From NCBI GenBank assembly GCA_043750455.1, contig JAYVBN010000094.1, positions 1-54,277 on the forward strand: a stretch of DNA of 54,277 nucleotides, in the 5' to 3' direction. How positions within the stretch are numbered: position 1 is the stretch's first letter; each line of letters starts with the position of its first letter. The DNA comes from Bacteroidia bacterium. Its GTDB lineage: Bacteria > Bacteroidota > Bacteroidia > Cytophagales > Cyclobacteriaceae. This document shows, piece after piece, positions 1 to 9,840 of the stretch. Position numbers and translations under genes: made by a program. The notes below the pieces were generated by a model. That model saw only the letters and a list, made by a program, of their open reading frames with translations, made no database searches and was not told the DNA's origin.

Positions 1-87
1 TTCACCATCCTTTACAAAGAACAGACGAACAGACATCAAGGCGAAAAACAAAGCGAAGATTCCGAGTGAAAGAAAAAATACGGTCAT
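1..87 (-). CDS. Small membrane/secreted protein, 5' part only (runs off window)
   Basis: Manual translation from ATG at 87: MTVFFLSLGIFALFFALMSVRLFFVKDGE, a hydrophobic helix followed by KDGE; TAACTTTG -7-like element on the minus strand at 116-123. Confidence 0.65.
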   Translation of the reverse strand, partial: MTVFFLSLGIFALFFALMSVRLFFVKDGE

Positions 88-168
88 GGTAAATTTCTGA
101 TTTAGTACCTTGCCACAAAGTTAAATACAAATTCAAAACATCATATCAAGTCGCAAAGTTTACTCTTC

Positions 169-981
169 ATGAAGAAAGTTTTATCTGCACCTGATCTTAA
201 CCGCGAGGCCAAATTAAAGGCTTTTGACCGCCTTCTTACCGTAATGGATGAACTGAGGGAAAATTGTCCGTGGGATAAAAAGCAAACCCTGGAAAGCCTT
301 AGACACCTGACGATTGAAGAAACGTATGAATTATCAGATGCAATTCTGGAAGGAGATCTCAAAGAAGTAAAAAAGGAACTGGGCGATGTGATGTTACACC
401 TTGCATTTTATTCACGCATTGCCTCAGAGGTAAAAGCATTTGATATGGCCGATGTGCTCAATTCTATTTGCGATAAACAAGTTGAAAGACATCCGCACGT
501 GTATGGAGATGTAATTGCTACCGATGAAAAGACAGTTAAAGAGAACTGGGAGAAAATAAAATTGAGGACGGGAAATAAATCGGTGCTTGAAGGTGTGCCG
601 AAATCTTTGCCGGCTTTGGTAAAAGCCATTCGCATTCAAGACAAGGCTCGTGGTGTTGGTTTTGATTGGGAGAAAAAGGAACAAGTGTGGGAGAAAGTGG
701 AGGAGGAGATGCAGGAGTTTAAACAGGAGTTCAATGCCGAATCAAACGAAGCCATTGATAAACAAAAAGCCATGGCTGAATTTGGCGATTTGCTTTTTTC
801 GTTGGTGAATTATGCGCGCTTTATCGAAATTGATCCGGAAGAAGCATTGGAGCGTACCAATAAAAAATTTATCAAACGCTTTCAATACATGGAAACCGAA
901 TCGGCAAAAGACGGAAAAAAGATGGGAGAGATGAACCTGGCCGAAATGGATGAATATTGGAACAGGGCAAAGAAATTGTAG
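169..981 (+). CDS. mazG: Nucleoside triphosphate pyrophosphohydrolase MazG
   Basis: CPWDKKQT, EETYE, ELGD, RHPHVYG and second-domain EFGDLLF motifs. Confidence 0.95.
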   Translation: MKKVLSAPDLNREAKLKAFDRLLTVMDELRENCPWDKKQTLESLRHLTIEETYELSDAILEGDLKEVKKELGDVMLHLAFYSRIASEVKAFDMADVLNSICDKQVERHPHVYGDVIATDEKTVKENWEKIKLRTGNKSVLEGVPKSLPALVKAIRIQDKARGVGFDWEKKEQVWEKVEEEMQEFKQEFNAESNEAIDKQKAMAEFGDLLFSLVNYARFIEIDPEEALERTNKKFIKRFQYMETESAKDGKKMGEMNLAEMDEYWNRAKKL

Positions 982-987
982 ATTAAA

Positions 988-1671
988 CTACGCACCAACC
1001 TCCAGCTTAAAGCCCACTCCATGATAGTTCACAATCTGAACTCTGGGATCGTCCTTAAGGTGCTTTCGAAGTTTTGATATGAACACATCCATGCTTCGGC
1101 CCAGGAAGTAATCATCATTGCCCCACACATTTTTCAAAATCTCTTCCCGCTTGAGTACGCGCTCTTTGTTCTGACAAAGTAGTTTGAGTACTTCGGCTTC
1201 TTTTTGCGTCAAGGTTTTGAATCCCGAAAGGTGATGAAGGGTATAATTATGACAATCGAATGTAAATTCGCCTAACGAAAAATTTTGCTCGCCAACAGTT
1301 CCGGTAGTAGATCTGCGAAGGAAAACTTCAATTCGTAAACTTAGCTCTTCCATACTAAACGGCTTCACGATGTAGTCGTCACCTCCTGCATGAAATCCAT
1401 TGATCTTATCTTCCAACATGGATTTTGCTGTGATGAATAAGATTGGAACCTGTTGGTTTTTTTCGCGGATAGATTTAGCCAATGCAAATCCGTCTTTTTT
1501 AGGCATCATCACATCTAGTATGCAAACGTCAAAATGATTTTCTTCAAATACCTTTTGTCCTTCTTCTCCATCCTGACATAAGGTTACATCATATCCTTTT
1601 ATGATCAGGTTGTCTTTGATCACAAACCCAAGACTGGGATCATCTTCCACTAAAAGAATTTTTGATTTCAT
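988..1671 (-). CDS. OmpR/PhoB-family response regulator (RprY-like)
   Basis: Receiver motifs VEDD, LDVMMP, KPF; winged-helix RSMDVFISKLRK. Confidence 0.93.
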   Translation of the reverse strand: MKSKILLVEDDPSLGFVIKDNLIIKGYDVTLCQDGEEGQKVFEENHFDVCILDVMMPKKDGFALAKSIREKNQQVPILFITAKSMLEDKINGFHAGGDDYIVKPFSMEELSLRIEVFLRRSTTGTVGEQNFSLGEFTFDCHNYTLHHLSGFKTLTQKEAEVLKLLCQNKERVLKREEILKNVWGNDDYFLGRSMDVFISKLRKHLKDDPRVQIVNYHGVGFKLEVGA

Positions 1672-2936
1672 GTAACGGGTACAACGAGTTTAAATGTGCT
1701 ACCGCTTTCGGGCTGACTGGCCACTTTAATTTTTCCTTTGTGCGCTTCAATGATCAGCTTCACATAATTTAATCCAATTCCAAAGCCCTTCACATCATGA
1801 AGATTGCCAGTGGAAACACGGTAAAAGCGATGGAAGATTTTTCGTTGCTCTTCTTCGTTTATGCCAATGCCATTATCTTCTACTTCTAATAGAATGGAGT
1901 TATCGCTCGTTTTAGTTCGTATGATGATTTCAGGAACCTGCTTGGTGTATTTAATGGCGTTGTCCAATAAATTATAAATCACATTGGTAAAGTGCAGCTT
2001 GTCTACGGACGCAATACTCGGCTCTGCATTCAATTCAAGTCTGATCACCCCTTTCTTTTCACTTAATGTAAGAGCTGTATTTTTAACCGCTTCCTGTATC
2101 AATTCATGGATGTCGGCATTTTCTTTTTTTAATCCGATGTCTTGTTTTTCTATCCTCGCCATTTGCAATACCCGTTCCACTTGTTGCTTCAGTCGTTGAT
2201 TCTCATTTTGAATAATGGTTGCATAATTCAGAAGGCGCTCTGGCGTATGAATGATGCCAGGATCTTTTAAAACCTCAGTGGAAATGGCGATGGTAGAAAT
2301 AGGTGTTTTGAACTCATGTGTCATGTTGTTGATGAAATCTTTTTGCACTTCAGAAAGCCGCCTTTGCTTTAAGATGACAAAGAGAGTGTACACAAAAAAG
2401 AAAATCACAATAAGCAACACAGCCGATGAAAATCCCCAAATCCCCATTTGACTGATTAGGTTCGCTTGAATTGATGGAAACTGCACTCCGAAATAATAGC
2501 CATCATCTTTCCATTGTGGAAATGCCGGTATACTGGCTTTGATGGTGCTGGTCTTTTTTGGAGAAATAGTATTTCCACCTTCCATGCATTTATCAATGCA
2601 ATTGTAGATTCCGAATTCAAAGTCTGCTTTGATGTTGCGCCTCTCAAATTCTGTGGTAAGCAAAAACTCAAGTAAACTTCCATCAATAGGACCATTGACC
2701 AAAACCACAAAATAGTTGGTAGAAAGTTGGGTAACGGGATTATTGGCTGGCGAAGGAGTCTTGTTGATTTCAAATATTTTGGAAGCCACATTTGCAAGAG
2801 CCGTGTTTACATCGCGGTTGAATTGATTTTCATGAAGGTCGAATGCCTTGCGCACCCAATAGATCTGAGTGAAGGTAATGCCCACAATACTAAGGGCAGC
2901 CAGAATAATGACAATTCTAAGAGTGGTACGACTCAT
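1668..2936 (-). CDS. Membrane sensor histidine kinase (RprX-like)
   Basis: Two TM segments, H-box THEFKTP, N-box NLLDNAIKY, G-boxes DNGIG and GFGIGL; 4-bp overlap with the regulator. Confidence 0.93.
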   Translation of the reverse strand: MSRTTLRIVIILAALSIVGITFTQIYWVRKAFDLHENQFNRDVNTALANVASKIFEINKTPSPANNPVTQLSTNYFVVLVNGPIDGSLLEFLLTTEFERRNIKADFEFGIYNCIDKCMEGGNTISPKKTSTIKASIPAFPQWKDDGYYFGVQFPSIQANLISQMGIWGFSSAVLLIVIFFFVYTLFVILKQRRLSEVQKDFINNMTHEFKTPISTIAISTEVLKDPGIIHTPERLLNYATIIQNENQRLKQQVERVLQMARIEKQDIGLKKENADIHELIQEAVKNTALTLSEKKGVIRLELNAEPSIASVDKLHFTNVIYNLLDNAIKYTKQVPEIIIRTKTSDNSILLEVEDNGIGINEEEQRKIFHRFYRVSTGNLHDVKGFGIGLNYVKLIIEAHKGKIKVASQPESGSTFKLVVPVT

Positions 2937-2940
2937 GTTT

Positions 2941-2948
2941 CAAAGGTA
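2941..2948 (-). promoter_or_regulatory. Bacteroidota -7 promoter element for the two-component operon
   Basis: TACCTTTG (TAnnTTTG consensus) ending 4 nt before the kinase ATG. Confidence 0.6.
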
Positions 2949-2974
2949 CACGTATTAAAAATACCTTTTTGGGT

Positions 2975-3012
2975 TTAACATCTCGTTAACATTTATTAGA
3001 ACTTTATTAACA
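2975..3012 (+). promoter_or_regulatory. Tandem TTAACA direct repeats, putative OmpR-family regulator binding sites
   Basis: TTAACA at 2975, 2986, 3007 and TTAGAA at 2996; spacing 11/10/11 bp. Confidence 0.55.
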
Positions 3013-3083
3013 CCATGAGCCAATTTTAAAGCAGATGTTTGTATTGTTCGAACGAAAACAACTAATTTTAAACTAAATTTTAA

Positions 3084-3503
3084 ATGACAATGAAAAAATT
3101 ATTCTTTTTTGTGACTCTTGTGGCCCTAGTCAATGTAGGATACGGTCAGCAGGTGACTGCGTCTGTTGCCGCTCCAAAGGCGGATGTAGCGGTTTTTGAA
3201 ACAACATCTTTAAACCATGATTTTGGTAAGATTAAGCAAGGTGTGCCTGTTACGCATGAGTTTAAGTTCACCAATAAAGGAACGGTGCCAATGGTTATTA
3301 CCAATGTGACCGCTTCTTGCGGCTGTACTACACCTGATTGGACGCGCGACCCTATTGCTCCGGGCGGGCAGGGGTTTATTAAAGCTACCTACAATGCAGC
3401 GGCAGCGGGTGGATTTAATAAAACAGTGACTGTCACATCCAATATTGAGAATGGATTTGTGCAACTTTTCATAAAGGGAGAAGTAGCTGCGGAGGTTCAG
3501 TAA
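3084..3503 (+). CDS. Secreted DUF1573 domain protein
   Basis: Signal peptide; HDFG..FKFTNKG..SCGCTTP..PIAPG motif. Confidence 0.9.
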   Translation: MTMKKLFFFVTLVALVNVGYGQQVTASVAAPKADVAVFETTSLNHDFGKIKQGVPVTHEFKFTNKGTVPMVITNVTASCGCTTPDWTRDPIAPGGQGFIKATYNAAAAGGFNKTVTVTSNIENGFVQLFIKGEVAAEVQ

Positions 3504-3523
3504 TTTTTCGTACTAAGAAAAGG

Positions 3524-3552
3524 AAGGGACGTAAATTTTACGTCCCTTTTTT
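3524..3552 (+). terminator. Intrinsic terminator of the DUF1573 gene
   Basis: AAGGGACGTAAA-T-TTTACGTCCCTT inverted repeat followed by a T run. Confidence 0.75.
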
Positions 3553-3594
3553 ATTTGTTTGCACGATGCCATATTGATTGCCTCAGCAGGTTTA

Positions 3595-3623
3595 AATAAA
3601 AGGACGCAAATTTTGCGCCCTTT
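3595..3623 (-). terminator. Intrinsic terminator of the DUF1080 gene
   Basis: Minus strand AAAGGGCGCAAAATTTGCGTCCTTTTATTT. Confidence 0.65.
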
Positions 3624-3650
3624 CTCTAATTTTAAATACTAGCAGTTAGA

Positions 3651-4394
3651 TCAAAGTTCCCTTACCCAAATATTGCGGAAGCTCACCGGGTTGCCATGAT
3701 CCTGTAATTTTAAAGAAGCCTTGCCATGTGATTGATAAACCGGTAGTCCTTTGTATTCAGTTGGTCCCCAAATGGCAGTTCCATTTTGTACAAGCACCCC
3801 GTTATGAAGTACCGTGATTTTAGCTGTTGAAGTCACTCTTCCGTTTTCACTGAAAACAGGAGCCGTATAAATTACATCGTACACTTGCCATTCACCAGGT
3901 TTGCGTGTGGCATTTACCAAAGGAATAGATTGCTTATAAATTGAACCGGCTTGTCCGTTAGAATAGGTTATGCTTTCATAACTATCCAATACTTGAAGTT
4001 CGTAGCGCTCTTGAAGAAAAATTCCGCTATTGCCTCTGCCTTGTCCTTCACCCACAATTACATCGGGTGCCCGCCACTCAATATGCAATTGCATATCGCC
4101 AAATTGTTTTTTGGTTTTAATATCACCCAATCCCTTTGTTACTGTAAGGGCGCCATCTTTTACATCCCACTTTGCGGCAGAGCCATCCAGCGCACTGAAA
4201 TTGGATAAATCTTTACCATCAAAAATGATAATGGCGTCTGAAGGTGCCTCACCAGGATTTTTTCCCGGAGTTACTTTAACGGGTTTTAAATCCCAGATTT
4301 CGGAAACCGTTGGATCAAGAGATTCGCGTGGTTTACTTTGTGAAAATGCTGACACACTAGCCAGCAGGAAGAATAGAATAAGTAATTTTTGCAT
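3651..4394 (-). CDS. DUF1080 / 3-keto-disaccharide hydrolase family protein, secreted
   Basis: Signal peptide; LHIEW, GNSGIF, YELQVLD, LQDHGNPVSFRNIWVREL motifs. Confidence 0.9.
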   Translation of the reverse strand: MQKLLILFFLLASVSAFSQSKPRESLDPTVSEIWDLKPVKVTPGKNPGEAPSDAIIIFDGKDLSNFSALDGSAAKWDVKDGALTVTKGLGDIKTKKQFGDMQLHIEWRAPDVIVGEGQGRGNSGIFLQERYELQVLDSYESITYSNGQAGSIYKQSIPLVNATRKPGEWQVYDVIYTAPVFSENGRVTSTAKITVLHNGVLVQNGTAIWGPTEYKGLPVYQSHGKASLKLQDHGNPVSFRNIWVREL

Positions 4395-4481
4395 GAGCTG
4401 TATTTTTAAGGAAATTAAAAGTAAGGAAATTTAAGTAAAGAAAAACAGTTGACGTGATATGCGGTGAATACAAGATATAGC

Positions 4482-5030
4482 TTAGAACTTTACATACGTG
4501 TCTATTAATTCTTTATCAAGCCCAAGTGCTCTGGCTTTTTTTGCTTGCCTTCGCAAAATGAATTCAAAGATGCTCATCCAACCGGGAAGATTGCTTTCAC
4601 TGATTTCGAAGAGCCAGGCGAGTGCTAACCTGTTTTTAGGAAAGCCTTTGTTGTTGGTCTGACCATCCCTGGCCAATCCGTATCCAATTTGCAAAGCTTG
4701 CTCAAATCCTCTACTTGCTGGCCTTAACTCAACTTTAAATTTGCAAACCATGGCTGATGTATTGAAAAACCGGTGGTTAATGTTTGGTGTTGCTGTTATT
4801 GAATTTCCTGCCATTAGTGTATGGATTTCTTTTCCGGCTTGCACTTTTAATTCACCTTCAATACAATCAAATTTTTCTGAATAAGTTTTGTGATAGTGCA
4901 GGCCAACACCACCTTTAGAAGAAAGTTCAACTTCCACAAGTGTGTATTCGCCATTGGTTTCACCTGCAGTTTTCAAAAAGGTTACGTAGTCTTTCTGAAT
5001 GGGATTGTAAATGCGTCTCTGTCTTTCCAT
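4482..5030 (-). CDS. Cupin domain protein
   Basis: LHYHxxxSEKF...H cupin metal motif. Confidence 0.8.
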   Translation of the reverse strand: MERQRRIYNPIQKDYVTFLKTAGETNGEYTLVEVELSSKGGVGLHYHKTYSEKFDCIEGELKVQAGKEIHTLMAGNSITATPNINHRFFNTSAMVCKFKVELRPASRGFEQALQIGYGLARDGQTNNKGFPKNRLALAWLFEISESNLPGWMSIFEFILRRQAKKARALGLDKELIDTYVKF

Positions 5031-5042
5031 AAACTGAAAAGA

Positions 5043-5384
5043 TTACTCCTTATGGATTTTAGATTTTTTAGCAAATTCTTTTGTGATGATAACTACAACA
5101 CCATTTTTTCCCTCTTCTCCATAGAGGGCTAGTGCTGTACTCGTTTTGAATACTTCGATGCTTTCTATCTTACTGGGATCTAACGCGATCATTAATTTTT
5201 TATTTTCAATACTATCTTTCTTATGCATCATCAGTCCGTCTACTATGAAAAGGGGACTCTCGGGTTTGTAAAATATTTCGGGCATACCATGCTGGATAGC
5301 TGGTTCTTCGTTAGCCTTATCTTGTTGAGCAAATGATGCCGAAGCTATAAGGAAACAACAAATGAAGGAGAAATAGATTTTCAT
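5043..5384 (-). CDS. Small secreted protein with stand-alone TonB-dependent receptor plug-like domain
   Basis: Signal peptide; PLFIVDG...LDPSKIESIEVFK...LYGEEGKNGVVVIITK resembles the SusC plug signature. Confidence 0.7.
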   Translation of the reverse strand: MKIYFSFICCFLIASASFAQQDKANEEPAIQHGMPEIFYKPESPLFIVDGLMMHKKDSIENKKLMIALDPSKIESIEVFKTSTALALYGEEGKNGVVVIITKEFAKKSKIHKE

Positions 5385-5415
5385 GATTATATATTTAGAT
5401 GATGACGTTCAAAAA

Positions 5416-6195
5416 TTATTGACCCTGATATTTATCCAAAATATGCTGACTCAGTAACTTATAGATTTCCGCCAAAGCGGGATCTTCTTTAATAAACTCC
5501 AGGTGTTTGTCCATGATTTCAAGATCACCTCGACTTGCTGGTCCGGTTTGCGCGTTTTCTGGTCCAACTGATAAACTCTTATTGAGTGTTTCTAAGATCA
5601 AAGGTTTTAGCAAATCGAAACTTAAGCTGTTTTGCTCCAATATTTTTTTTGAAAGAGTAAGCATGTGGTTAGTAAAGTTCGAAGCGAAAACTGCAGCCAC
5701 GTGTAAGGCCTTTCGTTCTTCCGAGCCAATCTTACTCACTTTATTGCTGATGGATTTTGCAAGGAGCAGTAGAACTTCTTCGGTTTCAGCGTTATTACTT
5801 TCTATAAAAATAGGAGTGGATTTGAAGTCTACCTTCTTTGTTTTGCTAAATGTTTGCAAGGGATAGAGCACACCTGTGTTGCTTGTTGCAGCGAATTGCA
5901 AAATGCTTAGTGGTTGACTTCCTGACGTGTGAAAGAGAAAAGCATCTTCGGGTAAAATGATTTCCTGAGCGATGGATTCAATGGCATCATCACTTGTGGC
6001 TACAATAAAAATACTGGATTCGCTAGTGGAGAAATCAAGGGTTGCTTTTACCTCTGCCTGATAAAGTCGGCTTGTAAGTTTGGCTGCATGATTAGGATTT
6101 AAACTGTGAACTTCTTTTACTACAAAGCCTGCATTGTCCAATGCCGGGGCAAGATGCCAGGCCAAGTTGCCCGAACCAATGAAGGATACAAACAT
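5416..6195 (-). CDS. Rossmann-like and DUF2520 domain protein
   Basis: GSGNLA Rossmann motif, HTSGS, YPLQTF, LHVAAVFASNF, QTGPA. Confidence 0.88.
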   Translation of the reverse strand: MFVSFIGSGNLAWHLAPALDNAGFVVKEVHSLNPNHAAKLTSRLYQAEVKATLDFSTSESSIFIVATSDDAIESIAQEIILPEDAFLFHTSGSQPLSILQFAATSNTGVLYPLQTFSKTKKVDFKSTPIFIESNNAETEEVLLLLAKSISNKVSKIGSEERKALHVAAVFASNFTNHMLTLSKKILEQNSLSFDLLKPLILETLNKSLSVGPENAQTGPASRGDLEIMDKHLEFIKEDPALAEIYKLLSQHILDKYQGQ

Positions 6196-6273
6196 GGATA
6201 AAGTATTGAGCTGAAAGTTACACTATTAACTGGCAAGAAATATGCCAATGACCTTGGTGGATTAGGCCCGATC

Positions 6274-7149
6274 TTATTTTTTGATCATTGGGAAAAATCT
6301 GCGAATATCTTCCTCTGAAGGTTGAGTTCCATATTCACAAATTTCAAATGCCTCGGCATGTTTGACTTGTGCGGCTTTTTCTTTGCCATACCAGAGCTCG
6401 AGTGATTTTCTTACCTCTGGGGTAATTTTAATCACCCGATTTGTGGCCAGCCACTTCCTGCGGTCTCCAGCATTTTTGGGAACCTGTTCTGCATAACCAC
6501 CGATCCACGGCAACCATTCATATACTTGTGATTGGTGCGCATCCAAAGCATCCATTTTTTGCTCGAACACAGATGTAATATCAATGGCAATGTCTGGGCG
6601 GAATGAGTTGGGGCGTTGAAAGAAATCCTGGAAGTATAAAAATATTGGATTCTTTTTTAAAGGAGGTGTATCTGGTGCAACATTAGGCACCGCTACCATG
6701 TAGGCCGCATCCTGCACAAGCACGCCTGTATAGCGATGGTCAGGGTGATAGTCATTCGGCCGAGGGGCAATTACAATATCTGCATTCCATTCTCTTATTT
6801 TTCTGATGACTTGCAACCGGATATCCAAACTGGGCAAGAGTTCACCATCGTGATTATCTAACACATCGTAGACTACGCCAAAGCGCTTGCCGGCTTCGTG
6901 CGCTTCAGCAATCCTGCGTTTTGCCAAGGCTCCACCACCTTCACTCTGATGTCCTGCATCCCCATTTGTAACCGAAACAAATTTCACAGCATAACCCATG
7001 GAAGCAAAAAGAGCAGCAGTGCCACCACCATCCTGGTCGCAATCATCTGGGTGAGCCCCAATCATAATGATGCGTGGATAGGAACTTTGTTGAGCAATAG
7101 CCTGAATAAGAGAAATCAATATAATGCAAGTGAATATGAACTGTTTCAT
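6274..7149 (-). CDS. PIG-L/LmbE family deacetylase, secreted
   Basis: AHPDD and HPDH metal motifs; signal peptide. Confidence 0.9.
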   Translation of the reverse strand: MKQFIFTCIILISLIQAIAQQSSYPRIIMIGAHPDDCDQDGGGTAALFASMGYAVKFVSVTNGDAGHQSEGGGALAKRRIAEAHEAGKRFGVVYDVLDNHDGELLPSLDIRLQVIRKIREWNADIVIAPRPNDYHPDHRYTGVLVQDAAYMVAVPNVAPDTPPLKKNPIFLYFQDFFQRPNSFRPDIAIDITSVFEQKMDALDAHQSQVYEWLPWIGGYAEQVPKNAGDRRKWLATNRVIKITPEVRKSLELWYGKEKAAQVKHAEAFEICEYGTQPSEEDIRRFFPMIKK

Positions 7150-7288
7150 AATAGGTAGAGTTGGTTAATAAGATACTACAAGCCAAATAGTACAAGCGTT
7201 ATTGAGAATACGATTACAAGATACTTGATAATTTAGTAAATTGAAGGAGCGAATACTTCATCTTGATAAATTTACTAACTACCTCTAT

Positions 7289-7975
7289 ATGTTCTTAACA
7301 AGATTTACATTGGGTTTTTTTGTCATTGTCCCATCATTGTGTTTTAGTCAGGCCACGCTAAATTCAGAATTGAGAGTCAAGCCTACCAAGGACTTTGAAA
7401 TTACAGGTGACAGTACTGGCGTATCATGGAAAGAGGCAACGTGGGTAACGCTTTCTCATCGCGGAGGCGAAAAAAAGTATCAAACAAAAGTTAAATTGTT
7501 GTACTCCGCAACAGGAGTGTATTGCCTTTTTTATTGTGAAGATGAAAAAATAACATCTACACTAAAGGAGGATTTTTCCAATCTCTATCTTGAGGATGTG
7601 GTAGAAGTCTTTTTTTGGACAGATGAAGCAACTTCATTATACTTTGAGTATGAACTCTCTCCTAACAATTTTGAGCTACCTATTTTAGTGCCCAATTTAA
7701 AAGGAGATTTTTTTGGTTGGTTGCCGTGGCATTATGAAGGCGATCGTAAGACCCACCACGCCACTAAGATCACTTCCAAATCCTGGACAGCGGAATTTTT
7801 TATTCCGTACAAATTACTCAAACCGCTCACCCAAGTTCCACCGATAAAAGGTACCCGGTGGCGTAGTAATTTCTATCGCCTTGATTATGATGAAGGTTCT
7901 TCAAGATGGTCATGGCAATTGACGCGTACAAATTTTCATGATTTTGAAAAATTTGGTACACTGGTATTTGATTAA
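7289..7975 (+). CDS. Carbohydrate-binding family 9-like protein
   Basis: DVVEVF, YFEYELSP, WTAEFFIP, WRSNFYR, FHDFEKFG; start moved to ATG 7289 (signal peptide) from TTG 7241. Confidence 0.78.
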   Translation: MFLTRFTLGFFVIVPSLCFSQATLNSELRVKPTKDFEITGDSTGVSWKEATWVTLSHRGGEKKYQTKVKLLYSATGVYCLFYCEDEKITSTLKEDFSNLYLEDVVEVFFWTDEATSLYFEYELSPNNFELPILVPNLKGDFFGWLPWHYEGDRKTHHATKITSKSWTAEFFIPYKLLKPLTQVPPIKGTRWRSNFYRLDYDEGSSRWSWQLTRTNFHDFEKFGTLVFD

Positions 7976-8035
7976 AGTTCAATCAAGAAAAAAAGGTCAG
8001 AGCACTTCATTTGAGTTACCAGTTTCCATGATCCC

Positions 8036-9589
8036 TTATTTTTTAGGAAGTTCTAGTTTTGAATTGCTTACGAATGCTATCTTTTTACTGTCGGGTGACC
8101 AACTCGGAACATTTATGGTTCCCTGGCCTCCGTAGATATAAGCAATCGTCTTGGGCACTCCACCTCCGGCCGGCATTAACCTAAAATATATTTTCTTATA
8201 AAATGGATGGGTGACAGGATCAATTTCTTTGGGGAATGCAACATACAGTATCCATTTTCCGTCAGGGGAGAAGTGTGGGAACCAATCGTTATATTCGTCA
8301 AAGGTAACCTGTTCCTCTTCGCTGCCATCTGGTTTCATCCGCCATAACTTCATGGTGCCTGTGCGAACGGAATTAAAGTAAATGTATTTTCCATCCGGAC
8401 TATATTCAGGACCATCATCAAGGGTAGCATCTTCAGTGAGATTAGTTTCTTGCTTAGTATCAATATCAATGGAAATAATATTCCACTCCTTATTGCGCAG
8501 ACCTGTAAAGATTAATTTTTTTCCGTCAGGCGACCAGCTGTGCAAATAAGAATGGCCATTCTCTTCAGATGTGATCTTCGTAGGTGTATCGGAGCCGGTA
8601 ACTGGCAACGTAAAAATAGTAGAGGTGCGTTTTGCTCCAACGTGATTACTAATGGCAAGCATTTTTCCATCGAAGGATAATACATGATCATTATTATTTT
8701 GATTGGCAAACCCGGTATTTAGTTTTGAAATAGATCCATCTTTCAGATCATACTTAAAAAGGAGATTTTCGGTGGAGCTTAGGGAATTGAAGATTAAATA
8801 TTTATTGTCGGGTGTCCAATTTGGTGCCTGAAGGGAATTAGGTGCGCTGTACAGAATTTTTCGATTACCCGTAGCAACGTCCATTACTTCTAAATGACTT
8901 CCAAGATAATCGCGGTACGGAATAAAGTTTTTAGCGGCAGGAATAATAATCTGCACATTGCTAAAGACAGCTTTTTCAATAACATCTTCCGCATGTGAAC
9001 ACATGAATAAACCGGCATATATTTCTTCATTCAATGTCAATTCTTTGGTTACGGATTTATAAGGCTCACCAAATACAGCAGCAGAAAACGTAAATGTATT
9101 GCCTGAACGTTCAAGCTCTATTTCAGTAGGATGGTAGGTGGATAACGTGACCTGATAGGTTGAGTCTTGATCCTTTGATCTGTATTGCAATGACGTAAGG
9201 ATATCGCCATGAACGCAGGCATCGACATAGCGCGAATCCGTAGTTAATTTATCCCGTGCAATAATTCCAATTTTTCGATGCGGATCAGCTCCCTTACCAA
9301 TAAACTTTACTGTGGCTCGTATGATAAAATCACCTTTAATTTTTTTCCATGCAAAATGGAATTGATCAGTGGTGTACCACATGTTTTTGCCTGCGCCCGT
9401 AAGCGTGTAAGTCTGTGCTTCCTCATCGTAAATAGCCGATCCCTTTAGTTTGGGCTCTCCAACATCCTGATGATGATCAAATATTCCCACGGGTTCGGAT
9501 TGAGCAAAAACCGCGGTATGAAACGAGGCGATTAGCAAAACGAAATATATCCGGTTTGGAATTCTATTCAATAGTTGTGATGCATTCAT
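8036..9589 (-). CDS. TolB-like beta-propeller protein (PD40 repeats) with N-terminal beta-sandwich domain
   Basis: Repeated W/Y/F-SPDGK motifs; signal peptide. Confidence 0.85.
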   Translation of the reverse strand: MNASQLLNRIPNRIYFVLLIASFHTAVFAQSEPVGIFDHHQDVGEPKLKGSAIYDEEAQTYTLTGAGKNMWYTTDQFHFAWKKIKGDFIIRATVKFIGKGADPHRKIGIIARDKLTTDSRYVDACVHGDILTSLQYRSKDQDSTYQVTLSTYHPTEIELERSGNTFTFSAAVFGEPYKSVTKELTLNEEIYAGLFMCSHAEDVIEKAVFSNVQIIIPAAKNFIPYRDYLGSHLEVMDVATGNRKILYSAPNSLQAPNWTPDNKYLIFNSLSSTENLLFKYDLKDGSISKLNTGFANQNNNDHVLSFDGKMLAISNHVGAKRTSTIFTLPVTGSDTPTKITSEENGHSYLHSWSPDGKKLIFTGLRNKEWNIISIDIDTKQETNLTEDATLDDGPEYSPDGKYIYFNSVRTGTMKLWRMKPDGSEEEQVTFDEYNDWFPHFSPDGKWILYVAFPKEIDPVTHPFYKKIYFRLMPAGGGVPKTIAYIYGGQGTINVPSWSPDSKKIAFVSNSKLELPKK

Positions 9590-9840
9590 AACTGGAGTTT
9601 TATTGTTGGGACAATAATATTATGATTATTTGTTGAGAGGGCAAGCTTATCATTTGAAAATGACTTGCTTCTGGAATTAAATACAGCAATGGCCTTAATC
9701 TGTTGCTGACGGTAGCCTTTTTTTAATCTGATGCTTGTTGAACAAATTCTCAGTACAAGAGTTTTTTTGAGTTAGTCAAATCCTTTTTTTTAGAATAGAC
9801 CAAAAAGAAAATTTTTTAAGATTCTGTCTGTTTTGGAAAA

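Noticed and set aside
169-981. mazG as part of a toxin-antitoxin or defence module
   Set aside because: Ordinary two-domain housekeeping MazG with no mazEF neighbours
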